Source: an uncultured Gammaproteobacteria bacterium
GTDB taxonomy: Bacteria; Patescibacteriota; Patescibacteriia; Magasanikbacterales; GWA2-37-8
DNA length: 64,000 bases
NCBI GenBank assembly: GCA_964634875.1
Contig: CAZWKA010000005.1
Coordinates: 27,167-91,166, forward strand
Direction: 5' to 3'
Positions 7,708 through 17,067 of this stretch are shown piece after piece (positions within the stretch are counted from its first letter, which is position 1; each line of letters starts with the position of its first letter). The translations under genes and the position numbers were made by a program. The notes beneath the pieces were generated by a model. The model saw only the letters and a list, made by a program, of their open reading frames with translations, did no database searches and was not told the DNA's origin.

Positions 7708-9072
7708 TTAGTATTCCATCCGCCAGAGTCCTTCTTTTCCACTAACAGCTCCAGAAAAATAGAGGAGGCGGTTTTCGCTATCAGCCCCCAGCCCGGTGAG
7801 TTGGCTATTGCTCAAAATATCTTGAGTGACGAGGTAGTAGGGGAATAGGACGGAAATCTTGTTATCGGCACGCAGGGCGACAGTATTATACTCATCAATA
7901 AAAACCGCTTGCCGGAGTGCAATACCCGAGCGGTTGAGGAGGTATGGGTCACTGCCACCTAAAGATGACCATAATTCCCAGGGGTTCCACAGCAGCCACC
8001 AACCGCTGGCAGAAGCGGTAAAATTTTCGGTGGGCACAACAAAAGATCTTGTAGGATTAACGAGCAGCATGCGCGATCCTTGCTCTTCGCTGATAAGGAC
8101 GGTGTTATTCTGGATGAGGCGCAACCGGAGGTTGGTGCGTGTTGTTTCTTCAAGTGATTGGCTGGTAATGGTCGCGAAGGTGTTGATGAAGCCGAGTGTG
8201 TCGCGTTTGATCGTAATTTCGTTGGTGCTCGTAGTAAGATTCATTGTCCACAATTGTCCACCGTTAAAATACCAGTCAAGATACGTGTTGGTCGTGAGTG
8301 TGGTGGTCTCTTCAAGGTTGGTGTCGGCGGCGCGGATTTGGGCCGTGGTACTATAATACAGGGTATGGTCGTTTTCAGAGTCCCAGAGAAATTTGTTAAT
8401 CGGACTTTTTTCGAGTGCTGCAAGATCCCATTTTTTTTCGGGGTTGGCGGTTTTTACCACGATGAGTTGGGTATACGGCGCGAGGGTGGTGTGGATGCTG
8501 AAAAAAACATTATTTTTCGACCAACTTACTGCTGTAGAGGTCGTATAGCTAAGTCCGGTGAGGATAGTTTCTTCCTGGCTGAGTGTATTTTTTAGGACAA
8601 GATCTGGGGTAGTTTTTTTACTGTATATGAGGTAGTTTCCGTCGGGGCTGGTTGAAAGGAGTGTCGCAGCGTCTTCGGTAAGTAGTATCGGTTCGGCTTT
8701 TTTGATGAGTGTAACGTCTTTTATGTAAATAGTCTGTTTGCTTTTAACGGTGATTTCTTGTTGCCAGTCGTAATAGCCGCTTCGCTCAATGCGCAGGTTA
8801 TATGATGAGGGGGCGACATTTTTGAGGCGGACAGGGATTTTTTCGTTAATTTCTTCGCCATTTAAAAATACCGTAGCGTCTTGAGGGAGCACGTCGATGC
8901 TGAGTGCGCCAATTTCTTTGATGAGTCCGCTCTGCCAATCGTAGCGGTAACCAACGGTGTAGAGAACCAAAAGCGGAGTAATGATTAAAAAAAGACCTAA
9001 AAACAGCGCCAGCAATAATTGGCGCCGACGTTTTGTTAGGGTGCTTCCGGGGTATTCCATACAGGAACTCAA
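7708..9072 (-). CDS. membrane-anchored PEGA-domain protein with a large beta-rich C-terminal region
   Basis: N-terminal TM helix, then a PEGA-like unit (DVLPQDATVFLNGEEINEKIPVRLKNVAPSSYNLRIERSGYYDWQQEI), then ~330 aa rich in Ser/Thr/Trp/Tyr. Confidence 0.55.
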   Translation of the reverse strand: MSSCMEYPGSTLTKRRRQLLLALFLGLFLIITPLLVLYTVGYRYDWQSGLIKEIGALSIDVLPQDATVFLNGEEINEKIPVRLKNVAPSSYNLRIERSGYYDWQQEITVKSKQTIYIKDVTLIKKAEPILLTEDAATLLSTSPDGNYLIYSKKTTPDLVLKNTLSQEETILTGLSYTTSTAVSWSKNNVFFSIHTTLAPYTQLIVVKTANPEKKWDLAALEKSPINKFLWDSENDHTLYYSTTAQIRAADTNLEETTTLTTNTYLDWYFNGGQLWTMNLTTSTNEITIKRDTLGFINTFATITSQSLEETTRTNLRLRLIQNNTVLISEEQGSRMLLVNPTRSFVVPTENFTASASGWWLLWNPWELWSSLGGSDPYLLNRSGIALRQAVFIDEYNTVALRADNKISVLFPYYLVTQDILSNSQLTGLGADSENRLLYFSGAVSGKEGLWRMEY

Positions 9073-9208
9073 AAGTCTGGGAGCCTAAAGTTAAAAGTCG
9101 CACGTTGCCTTATAAAATCGGTGCCTGGGGGACTTTTGAGCTTTTGACTTTATAGTCTATTAAAGGTATAGTTAATCATAAGCTAAAAAGACTTTTCAGT
9201 CAAAACCT

Positions 9209-10516
9209 ATGCCTTATTTAGTAATACAGGGCGGTAAAAAATTACACGGCGAAATCGTTAACCAGTCTAACAAGAACTCGGCAATTTCGATTTTGTGTGC
9301 GACTCTTATGGTGCGCGGCAAGACGACTTTGACCGATGTCCCCGAAATTCAAGAGGTGGAGCGGATGGTAGAGCTCCTGACCAGTATTGGGGTGGTTGTT
9401 ACTAGGCCCAAATCCCACACGATCGTGGTCGATGCGAGCCGCGACCTCACCATGGAAACGATTGACCGTAAGATCTGCGAAAAGGTTCGAGCGTCGCTGT
9501 TGTTATGCGGGGCGTTAGCGGCGCGTGAGAAAAGTTATAAATTATACAAATCAGGTGGTTGTCGGCTTGGCGAACGCACGGTCAGGCCGCATTGGTATGC
9601 TCTTAAAAAATTGGGCGTTTCAGTTATTTCTCGCGACGCGTATTATGAAGTCGAGCGCACAAGGCCGCTCGCAGCTGCACGTATTGTTATGTACGAGTCG
9701 GGGGATGCCGCTACGGAAAATACGATCATGGCCGCCGTCCTTGCACCGGGCACAACAGTGATCACAATGGCATCGGCCAATTATATGGTGCAGGATCTGT
9801 GTTATTTTTTGGTGAAGGCCGGGGCAAAAATTAAGGGTATCGGATCGACCACACTCACGATTACCGGTGTCAAGGAATTGCGGCCGGTCAAGGAATATCC
9901 GATCATGCCAGATCCTATTGTGGCCATGACTTTTTTATCAGCGGCAATTGCAACCGGATCGACACTGACGGTCAAAAATTGTCCACTGGAGTTTTTGGAA
10001 TTAGAGCTGTGCAAACTTGAGATAATGGGGCAAAAGTTTAAGGTTGATCACGAACGGACATCTAAGAACGGACATTTTATCATTGTTGACGTTACCGTTG
10101 AACCGAGTAAGCTTACAGCGTTACCCGATAAAATTTACGGGCGTCCATTCCCGGGTTTAAACATCGATAACCTACCGTTGTTCGTACCGATTCTGACCCA
10201 AGCAAGGGGTCGTACGCTCGTTCATGACTGGGCGTATGAGAATCGGGCGATCTACAGTTTGGAGCTTCAGAAGCTGGGTGCGCAAATTACGCTCTTAGAC
10301 CCACACCGGATGTGGGTAGAAGGTCCGGTTAAATTATTGCCGAACGAAGTGATATGTCCGCCCGCCCTTCGCCCTGCAGTGAATGTGCTCATTTGTATGT
10401 TAGCTGCCAAAGGGAAATCTATTTTGCGCAACACTGCTATGATCGACCGGGGCTATGAAAATTTGTATGAAGTATTGAATAAAGCAGGAGCGGATATTAC
10501 TCTTGTGAAAGAATAG
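9209..10516 (+). CDS. murA: UDP-N-acetylglucosamine 1-carboxyvinyltransferase
   Basis: Colinear with MurA: KNSAISILCATLM matches KNAALPIL; the catalytic-Cys loop KSGGCRLGERTVRPH is present; C-terminal IDRGYENLYEVLNKAGADI. Confidence 0.9.
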   Translation: MPYLVIQGGKKLHGEIVNQSNKNSAISILCATLMVRGKTTLTDVPEIQEVERMVELLTSIGVVVTRPKSHTIVVDASRDLTMETIDRKICEKVRASLLLCGALAAREKSYKLYKSGGCRLGERTVRPHWYALKKLGVSVISRDAYYEVERTRPLAAARIVMYESGDAATENTIMAAVLAPGTTVITMASANYMVQDLCYFLVKAGAKIKGIGSTTLTITGVKELRPVKEYPIMPDPIVAMTFLSAAIATGSTLTVKNCPLEFLELELCKLEIMGQKFKVDHERTSKNGHFIIVDVTVEPSKLTALPDKIYGRPFPGLNIDNLPLFVPILTQARGRTLVHDWAYENRAIYSLELQKLGAQITLLDPHRMWVEGPVKLLPNEVICPPALRPAVNVLICMLAAKGKSILRNTAMIDRGYENLYEVLNKAGADITLVKE

Positions 10517-10519
10517 TAT

Positions 10520-11191
10520 ATGGAAGGAAATAAATTTAGGCCACGTGAAACAGTAACGCAAGGTGAGCAAGCGAGGGAATTTGTCAATCAGGCTCGAGAA
10601 AAACTTTCTGAGCTTGAAACACTTGTGGCACACCTGGAGACTATGTCTGCGGGAGATGCTGCTATGCCTGCCAAGCAAGCAGTGCGCGAAACTGATCTAG
10701 GCAAACGACTTGCTAAACTTCTTTTGACACTCGACACTTTGGCTGGTCCAGAAAAAGGGGAGCGTGAAAAATGGATGCAGGCATGTTTAACAAAGACAGC
10801 GGATGTCTTTGAAGGTAATGATTCTGTTTTGCGCATTCTTGGAAAAGATAAACATAGTTTTAGTACCTTTGAAAGGGATTTCTGGCACCGAGATAACCGT
10901 CGTTTCCCCATTCATTTTTTAGGACAACTGCTTCTCGAGGCTGAAACATTGTTTGAAAATAAGGGTATTGGACCAAAAGTGCAAGAGGTGATTGAGCTTG
11001 GTTTAGCGTCCCGAGGTTTGTCGGTGAAAACAAAATTACCTGAGGATTTTAAGCATGATTTAGTTGCTAAACTTTCTCCTTTAATAAAAGCGGAATTGCA
11101 GAAAGAAGGGTATAGCAGATATTACCAAGATCCGCGTGAAAAACCCCTAACTGTTGATGCATATTTGTCAAAACTTATTGAACCTAAATAA
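10520..11191 (+). CDS. hypothetical protein, 223 aa
   Basis: ORF tightly following murA; no recognisable motif. Confidence 0.5.
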   Translation: MEGNKFRPRETVTQGEQAREFVNQAREKLSELETLVAHLETMSAGDAAMPAKQAVRETDLGKRLAKLLLTLDTLAGPEKGEREKWMQACLTKTADVFEGNDSVLRILGKDKHSFSTFERDFWHRDNRRFPIHFLGQLLLEAETLFENKGIGPKVQEVIELGLASRGLSVKTKLPEDFKHDLVAKLSPLIKAELQKEGYSRYYQDPREKPLTVDAYLSKLIEPK

Positions 11192-11197
11192 AATTTT

Positions 11198-12454
11198 ATG
11201 GAACCTACTGTGTCACCGATCCAAGCTAAAGCAAACAAATATTTTGGCACGTACTTGGCTATTATTTTGTTTGTCGTTGCTTTTGGTCTCGGCCTTTTGG
11301 CGGGGCGCAACTTATATTTTAAAAAATACGTTACCAATGCCGAAGGTATCGTTACGACTGATAACGTTTTGGTTAACGGTACTGCTCTCCATGCAACTGA
11401 TGTTGATTTTAATCAGTTTTGGAAAGTATGGGATCAAATCAAAGCAAAGTATGTTAAGCAGCCAGTGTCAGACAAAGATTTGCTGACTGGCGCCATGCAG
11501 GGGTTGGTCGCATCGCTTAACGACCCCTATTCTTTGTTTCTTCCGCCACAAGAAGCAACGGATTTCACCAAAGACCTGGCTGGTGAACTCGAAGGTATCG
11601 GGGCTGAGATCGGGGTAAAAAATAGCCAGCTCATGATTATTTCGCCTATCCCAGAAACACCCGCAGAAAAGGCAGGGCTTCAGCCAGGGGACAAGATTCT
11701 GCTTATTAATAAAGAATCAACGGTAGGGATGGACGCGGGGACGGCGGTAAAAAAGATCCGTGGTAAAGCAGGTACGCAAGTCGTTTTGAATATTATGCGC
11801 GATAGCTGGTCGGCGCCACGGGATATTACTATCACGCGCCAGAAAATTGTCGTGCCTTCGGTTGTATTTACAATGAAACCGGGAAATATCGCGTATATCC
11901 AAGTGTTGCAGTTTAACGATACCACGATGGGTAAGTTTGGACAGGCGATTGATCAGGCCAAGAAAAATAAGGCTGTCGGGATTGTGCTCGACCTTCGCAA
12001 TAATCCTGGTGGGTACCTAGATACGGCGATTGAAATGGCGAGTGAATGGATACCGGACGGCGGGGTGATTGTGAGTGAAAAAGGGTTAAGCGCTCTCAAC
12101 AATACCCACGAAAGTATTGGTCGACACCGTTTGGTTGGTATTAAAACCGTTGTCCTTATCAACAAAGGCTCAGCTTCAGCCTCCGAGATTGTAGCTGGTG
12201 CGCTCCAAGATAATAAAGCCGCCACCTTGGTTGGTGAAAAATCTTTTGGTAAAGGATCGGTTCAGGATTACGAGAATTTCCCTGATGGATCGGCGCTAAA
12301 ATTAACCGTTGCCGAATGGTTCACGCCGAACGGTAAGAATATTAATAAAGAAGGTATCTTACCAGATGTGGAAGTAAAGGAGGATTTTGAGAAAGATAAG
12401 ATTGGGCAGGATAAGCCGCTCGATAAGGCGCTGGAGCTTTTGAAGAAAAAATAA
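11198..12454 (+). CDS. carboxyl-terminal processing protease (S41 family) with a PDZ domain
   Basis: N-terminal TM, a PDZ-like segment, and the S41 core (GIVLDLRNNPGGYLDTAIE; SASASEIVAGALQD). Confidence 0.85.
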   Translation: MEPTVSPIQAKANKYFGTYLAIILFVVAFGLGLLAGRNLYFKKYVTNAEGIVTTDNVLVNGTALHATDVDFNQFWKVWDQIKAKYVKQPVSDKDLLTGAMQGLVASLNDPYSLFLPPQEATDFTKDLAGELEGIGAEIGVKNSQLMIISPIPETPAEKAGLQPGDKILLINKESTVGMDAGTAVKKIRGKAGTQVVLNIMRDSWSAPRDITITRQKIVVPSVVFTMKPGNIAYIQVLQFNDTTMGKFGQAIDQAKKNKAVGIVLDLRNNPGGYLDTAIEMASEWIPDGGVIVSEKGLSALNNTHESIGRHRLVGIKTVVLINKGSASASEIVAGALQDNKAATLVGEKSFGKGSVQDYENFPDGSALKLTVAEWFTPNGKNINKEGILPDVEVKEDFEKDKIGQDKPLDKALELLKKK

Positions 12455-12461
12455 ACCAAAT

Positions 12462-12488
12462 AAAAAACCGCCTTTAGGGCGGTTTTTT
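12462..12488. terminator. bidirectional rho-independent terminator
   Basis: AAAAAACCGCC TTTAG GGCGGTTTTTT between the convergent ctp-like and era genes. Confidence 0.65.
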
Positions 12489-12490
12489 AT

Positions 12491-13387
12491 TTACAAGCGT
12501 TCTTCCCAACGTTTGTCGTACTCAACGTCGAGTTCGAGGAAGACTTTTTTGTTGATGGCTTGCTCAAGTTCTTTGCGAGCCGCGATGCCGATTTCTTTGA
12601 TGGCCCGGCCGCCAGCGCCGACGATCATGCCTTTATATTTTTTATTGTAGGTGTAGACAAAAGCTTTGATAACTAAGACGTCTGGCTTTTCTTCGATGGA
12701 GTCAATTTCGACGTGGGTCGAGTAGGGGATTTCTTTGCGCAGGGCTAAGAACACTTTCTCGCGGATAATTTCGGAGATCCAGAAATTTTTATCAACGTTC
12801 GTCAGTTGGTCTGGTGGGTAGAGTGGCTCTCCAATAGGTAGTAGTTCGAACACGCGTTTAACGAGTGGTTGGATGTGGCGGTTCATGAGAGCAGAGAGCT
12901 CATAGACGCCGTCAAAGTCATCGGCGAGCGCAAGGTACTCTTCTAGGTATTTTTTTTCAGTAGCAGGGAGGTCGGATTTATTAATGACCATGAGTTTTGG
13001 TACTTGCAAATGCCGGAGCAGTGATAGGATCGAGCGTTCTTCCGCGCCAATTGATTTGGTAGGGTCAGCGACATAGACGACGACGTCAATATCTTTGACA
13101 GCTTCGTGAACGGTTTTCGTGAGTTTGCTCGAAAGAATAGTGTGGCGTTCTTTGAAGACGCCGGGGGTGTCAACAAACACAATCTGTCCTTCGGCGCCAT
13201 TTAAGACACCGTGGATATTGTTGCGGGTGGTTTGAGGTTTATCGGTTACAGCCGAGATCTTGGTACCAACCAGGGTGTTGATGAGGGTTGATTTACCGGC
13301 ATTGGAACGGCCAATAATCGAGACAATGCCCGATTTTAGGTTGGTGGTTGGTTCGGCTGCCGGAGGCGGCGTAGTCTTTTTAGCCAT
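12491..13387 (-). CDS. era: GTPase Era
   Basis: G1 GRSNAGKST, G3 DTPG, G4 NKSD, and a C-terminal KH domain; ~300 aa. Confidence 0.9.
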   Translation of the reverse strand: MAKKTTPPPAAEPTTNLKSGIVSIIGRSNAGKSTLINTLVGTKISAVTDKPQTTRNNIHGVLNGAEGQIVFVDTPGVFKERHTILSSKLTKTVHEAVKDIDVVVYVADPTKSIGAEERSILSLLRHLQVPKLMVINKSDLPATEKKYLEEYLALADDFDGVYELSALMNRHIQPLVKRVFELLPIGEPLYPPDQLTNVDKNFWISEIIREKVFLALRKEIPYSTHVEIDSIEEKPDVLVIKAFVYTYNKKYKGMIVGAGGRAIKEIGIAARKELEQAINKKVFLELDVEYDKRWEERL

Positions 13388-13466
13388 AAGGTTAGAAGCT
13401 TGTCTTTTTAACGTGGGTATACTATACTACCTCTTGGAATTAAGCAAGAAATAGCCTGTTTTTGTT

Positions 13467-13931
13467 ATGAAAGTCATTCTTCTTGAGAACGTCAAAGGAT
13501 TAGGTAAAATGGACGACATTAAAGATGTTACTGATGGGTATGCCCGTAATTTTCTGTTCCCTAACCATTTAGCGGTACAGGCATCGACCCAGGCTGTTAG
13601 TGTTGTTGCGGGAAGAAAGAAAAAAGCCGCTGGCGAAGCCGAAAGTGAGCTGCAACAGACCCAACATTTGGCTGAGGCGGTCGATGGGTTTGAACTCGAT
13701 GTGCGGGCTAAGGCCAATGAAAACGACCATTTGTATGCTGCTTTAACCCCTGCCAAAATTGCTGAGTTACTTCAGGGTCAAGGGTTCAAAGTTGTTAAAG
13801 CCCATATCGTGACCGAACCGATCAAAACGACAGGTACCCACCGCGTTAAAATTAAATTGAAACACGGACTTGAAGCCGAGGTCAAAATCATTGTCTCCGC
13901 TGTACAACATAAAGAAGAAGGAACAAAGTAA
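13467..13931 (+). CDS. rplI: 50S ribosomal protein L9
   Basis: [32 protein letters not shown] matches the L9 N-domain consensus. Confidence 0.9.
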   Translation: MKVILLENVKGLGKMDDIKDVTDGYARNFLFPNHLAVQASTQAVSVVAGRKKKAAGEAESELQQTQHLAEAVDGFELDVRAKANENDHLYAALTPAKIAELLQGQGFKVVKAHIVTEPIKTTGTHRVKIKLKHGLEAEVKIIVSAVQHKEEGTK

Positions 13932-13978
13932 TACTTTGTTCCTTCTTCTTTGTTTTATGCTTTTTTTAATACGTTCGT

Positions 13979-15607
13979 ATGGCCAAAACGAAATATATCT
14001 TCGTGGTAGGCGGAGTTTTGAGTGGAGTGGGGAAAGGCGTGGCGGCTGCTTCGATTGGAAGGATTTTAAAGAATCGCGGCTTAAATGTTTCGGCCATCAA
14101 GATTGATCCCTACATCAACGTCGATGCTGGTACAATGAACCCAACTGAACACGGGGAAGTATTCGTGACAGAGGATGCGGATGAAACTGATCAGGATTTG
14201 GGTAATTATGAGCGTTTTTTGGATACCAATATCATGTCGGTAAATTACATGACAACCGGCCGTGTGTACCAAAGTGTGATCGAAAAAGAGCGAAGCATGT
14301 TTTATAAAGGGAAATGTGTAGAAGTTGTGCCCCATATTCCCATGGAAGTCGTTGATCGGATCCAGGCGGCGGCCAAAGCTTGCAAAGCCGATGTTATGAT
14401 GATTGAGATTGGTGGGACGGTTGGTGAGTACCAGAATATTTTGTTTTTGGAGGCCGGGCGTATGATGAAGCTGAAAGATCCGGACAGTGTGTTGTTTGTC
14501 CTGGTTAGTTATTTACCAGTGCCGGGGCATTTGGGTGAAATGAAAACCAAACCCACCCAATACGCAGCAAGGACATTAAATGCGAGCGGTATCCAGGCCG
14601 ATATAATTCTAGCTCGCGGACGCGAAGAGTTGGACAAGCCGCGCAAAGAAAAGTTGGCGATTTTTTGTGGTCTTCGGAGTGAAGATGAAATTATTTCGGC
14701 ACCAGACGTGGAAAGTATTTATGACGTACCGGCGGTGCTCGAGCGGCAACATCTGAGCGATTTGATTGGTAAAAAATTGAAACTTCGTTTCAAACAGGAT
14801 CGCAGCAGCGAGTGGAATGCTTTTATTAAAAAAATGAAAAATACGAACGGCTCGGTAAAAATCGCTGTCGTGGGCAAATATTTTGCAACCGGGGACTATA
14901 CCTTGTCTGATTCGTACATTTCGGTTATTGAAGCGATAAAACATGCTGCTTGGGCCGAAGGGGTTAAACCTGAGTTGACCTGGATCGATGCTGAAAAATA
15001 TGAGAGTAATCCAGGGGTGGTAAGCGAGCTCGCTAATTTTGACGCGCTGTTAGTACCGGGTGGATTTGGTACTCGTGGTATTGAAGGAATTATCAGCGCC
15101 ATCCGATACGCACGTGAAAATAATTTGCCATACCTTGGTTTGTGTTATGGGATGCAGTTGGCTTCGATCGAATTTGTACGTAATGTGCTGAGCAAGAAAA
15201 CGGCCCATACAGTAGAAGTGAATGCCAAAACAACTGATCCAGTGATTCATATTAACCCCAATCAGGCAGAAAATGTTCGTAAAGAACGGTATGGTGGCAC
15301 AATGCGTCTGGGTGCATATGATTGCACGCTCAAAGCAGGAAGCCGCGCGCGCAAATTGTATGGCACGGAAGTTATCAGCGAGCGCCATCGCCACCGATAT
15401 GAATTTAATAATAACTACCGCGAAGCGATGCAGGCAGCTGGGATGGAGTTTGTGGGTATAAACCCGGAATCCGATTTGGTAGAAATTATTGAGCTTAAAG
15501 ACCACCCTTATTTTATTGGTACGCAATTCCACCCTGAATTCAAGTCGCGGCCACTACACCCACATCCTTTATTTGTTGGTCTGGTAAGGGCAGCGTTTAA
15601 AAAATAG
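13979..15607 (+). CDS. pyrG: CTP synthase
   Basis: N-terminal YIFVVGGVLSGVGKG synthase domain and a C-terminal class-I glutamine amidotransferase domain (GLCYGMQ...HPEF). Confidence 0.95.
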   Translation: MAKTKYIFVVGGVLSGVGKGVAAASIGRILKNRGLNVSAIKIDPYINVDAGTMNPTEHGEVFVTEDADETDQDLGNYERFLDTNIMSVNYMTTGRVYQSVIEKERSMFYKGKCVEVVPHIPMEVVDRIQAAAKACKADVMMIEIGGTVGEYQNILFLEAGRMMKLKDPDSVLFVLVSYLPVPGHLGEMKTKPTQYAARTLNASGIQADIILARGREELDKPRKEKLAIFCGLRSEDEIISAPDVESIYDVPAVLERQHLSDLIGKKLKLRFKQDRSSEWNAFIKKMKNTNGSVKIAVVGKYFATGDYTLSDSYISVIEAIKHAAWAEGVKPELTWIDAEKYESNPGVVSELANFDALLVPGGFGTRGIEGIISAIRYARENNLPYLGLCYGMQLASIEFVRNVLSKKTAHTVEVNAKTTDPVIHINPNQAENVRKERYGGTMRLGAYDCTLKAGSRARKLYGTEVISERHRHRYEFNNNYREAMQAAGMEFVGINPESDLVEIIELKDHPYFIGTQFHPEFKSRPLHPHPLFVGLVRAAFKK

Positions 15608-15610
15608 ACG

Positions 15611-15641
15611 AAAAAACAACCTCTGCAGAGGTTGTTTTTTT
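15611..15641. terminator. bidirectional rho-independent terminator
   Basis: AAAAAACAACCTCTG CAGAGGTTGTTTTTTT between pyrG and the convergent sugar-transferase gene. Confidence 0.65.
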
Positions 15642-17019
15642 ATCGTCCAATCATTCTGACCAATATATTAATCGTCCGGAGCATGATAGCGAGGTCGAGC
15701 AAAGGTCCGCGATTTTTGATATAGAAGAGATCGTATTCAAGTTTTTGTAAGTTTTCATCAATAGTGCCGTAGTATCCTTTGTGGATTTGTGCCCAGCCGG
15801 TGAGGCCTGGCTTTATCAGGTGCCGGAGGCTGTAGAAAGGCATGGCGGCAGTAAGTTGCTTAACAAATTCCGGGCGTTCCGGGCGAGGGCCGATGAACGA
15901 CATTTCGCCGCGCAGGATATTAATAACCTGGGGGATTTCATCAAGACGGGTTTTGCGAAGCAATTTACCAATTGGTGTGATGCGGACATCATTTTCGCTG
16001 GCATACTGGGCTCCAGCAATTTCAGCGCTACCGTTGCCGGATAACGCTTTCATGGTGCGGTATTTGTACATCCTAAAACGTTGCCCGCGCTGTCCGATCC
16101 GTTCCTGGTGGAAAAAAATAGGACCAGACGATGTTGTTTTGATGGCTAAAGCAATGAGGGGGAAGGTGATAAGTCCGATAAAGCTGAGGAAAAGTGCAAT
16201 AAGATAATCAGTCAGTATTCGAAAGCGGTCGTACATTTTTTTCTCTTGTTCGCGTAGATTAGTTAAAAACCATGATTCTGAAAACGTAAACGGCGGAATC
16301 CGTTCCATGAGATGTTCGTAGAATTCAGCGAGGGTGATCAGCTCTACTTGATTAAAAAGATTTTCATAAATAATCCCCAACAGAGTGTTCTGCTCGGATA
16401 GTGCGGGAGCAATGACAACGAGTTCCACGCTGTTGGCAGTTATTTTGACAGATAAATCTTTGTTGGTGGTAATCAGGTGTTTTTCTAGCTCAGCTGGCAG
16501 AGCCTGGGACGAGCGTGGGTTAAAAATCCCCGCTACTTGGTAGCCGCGCTCAGGTTCGTTTTCTAATTTTTTAATTAATTCATGAGCCTCGGGTGTGGTG
16601 CCTAAAAAAATAACATTGGTTTTTTTGATAATCTCGGAGATGTAGTGGGCGTGGAAATATCGCCAGAGGGCAATAAAACTAAAGCCGGCGACGCTCGTGA
16701 GGAGCAGAATAGTTTTGGGGGTGATTTTCAGTTCGGGGTTGAGGTAAAAATACAGCGCGCCGGTAATAAGCCAGACGAGGCCGGAAATAAGGATTTTTTT
16801 ATAAAATTTCCAGGTGTTTTTTATTTTTACCAAATCATAGGCGCCGCTGATAAACAGGATGATCGGGGAAATAATCAAAAGACCATTCATGGGACCCAGG
16901 ATTTTGTATAATTCGGTGGTTGGTAATTCTTGGTAACGGATAACCAGGGCTACGTAGAGTCCTAAGTAAAGGAGGGCCATGTCCCCGATAGCGAGAATAA
17001 TTTGTTTGAGCCGGTACAT
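15640..17019 (-). CDS. polyprenyl-phosphate sugar-1-phosphate transferase (bacterial sugar transferase, WbaP/WcaJ-like)
   Basis: Four N-terminal TM helices and a C-terminal bacterial sugar transferase domain (FRMYKYRTM...GEMSFIGPRPERPEF...DLFYIKNRGPLLD). Confidence 0.8.
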   Translation of the reverse strand: MYRLKQIILAIGDMALLYLGLYVALVIRYQELPTTELYKILGPMNGLLIISPIILFISGAYDLVKIKNTWKFYKKILISGLVWLITGALYFYLNPELKITPKTILLLTSVAGFSFIALWRYFHAHYISEIIKKTNVIFLGTTPEAHELIKKLENEPERGYQVAGIFNPRSSQALPAELEKHLITTNKDLSVKITANSVELVVIAPALSEQNTLLGIIYENLFNQVELITLAEFYEHLMERIPPFTFSESWFLTNLREQEKKMYDRFRILTDYLIALFLSFIGLITFPLIALAIKTTSSGPIFFHQERIGQRGQRFRMYKYRTMKALSGNGSAEIAGAQYASENDVRITPIGKLLRKTRLDEIPQVINILRGEMSFIGPRPERPEFVKQLTAAMPFYSLRHLIKPGLTGWAQIHKGYYGTIDENLQKLEYDLFYIKNRGPLLDLAIMLRTINILVRMIGR

Positions 17020-17067
17020 ACGTAGACCTTTATCCCGAAACAGGATATACTAGAAAAATAGCTTTAT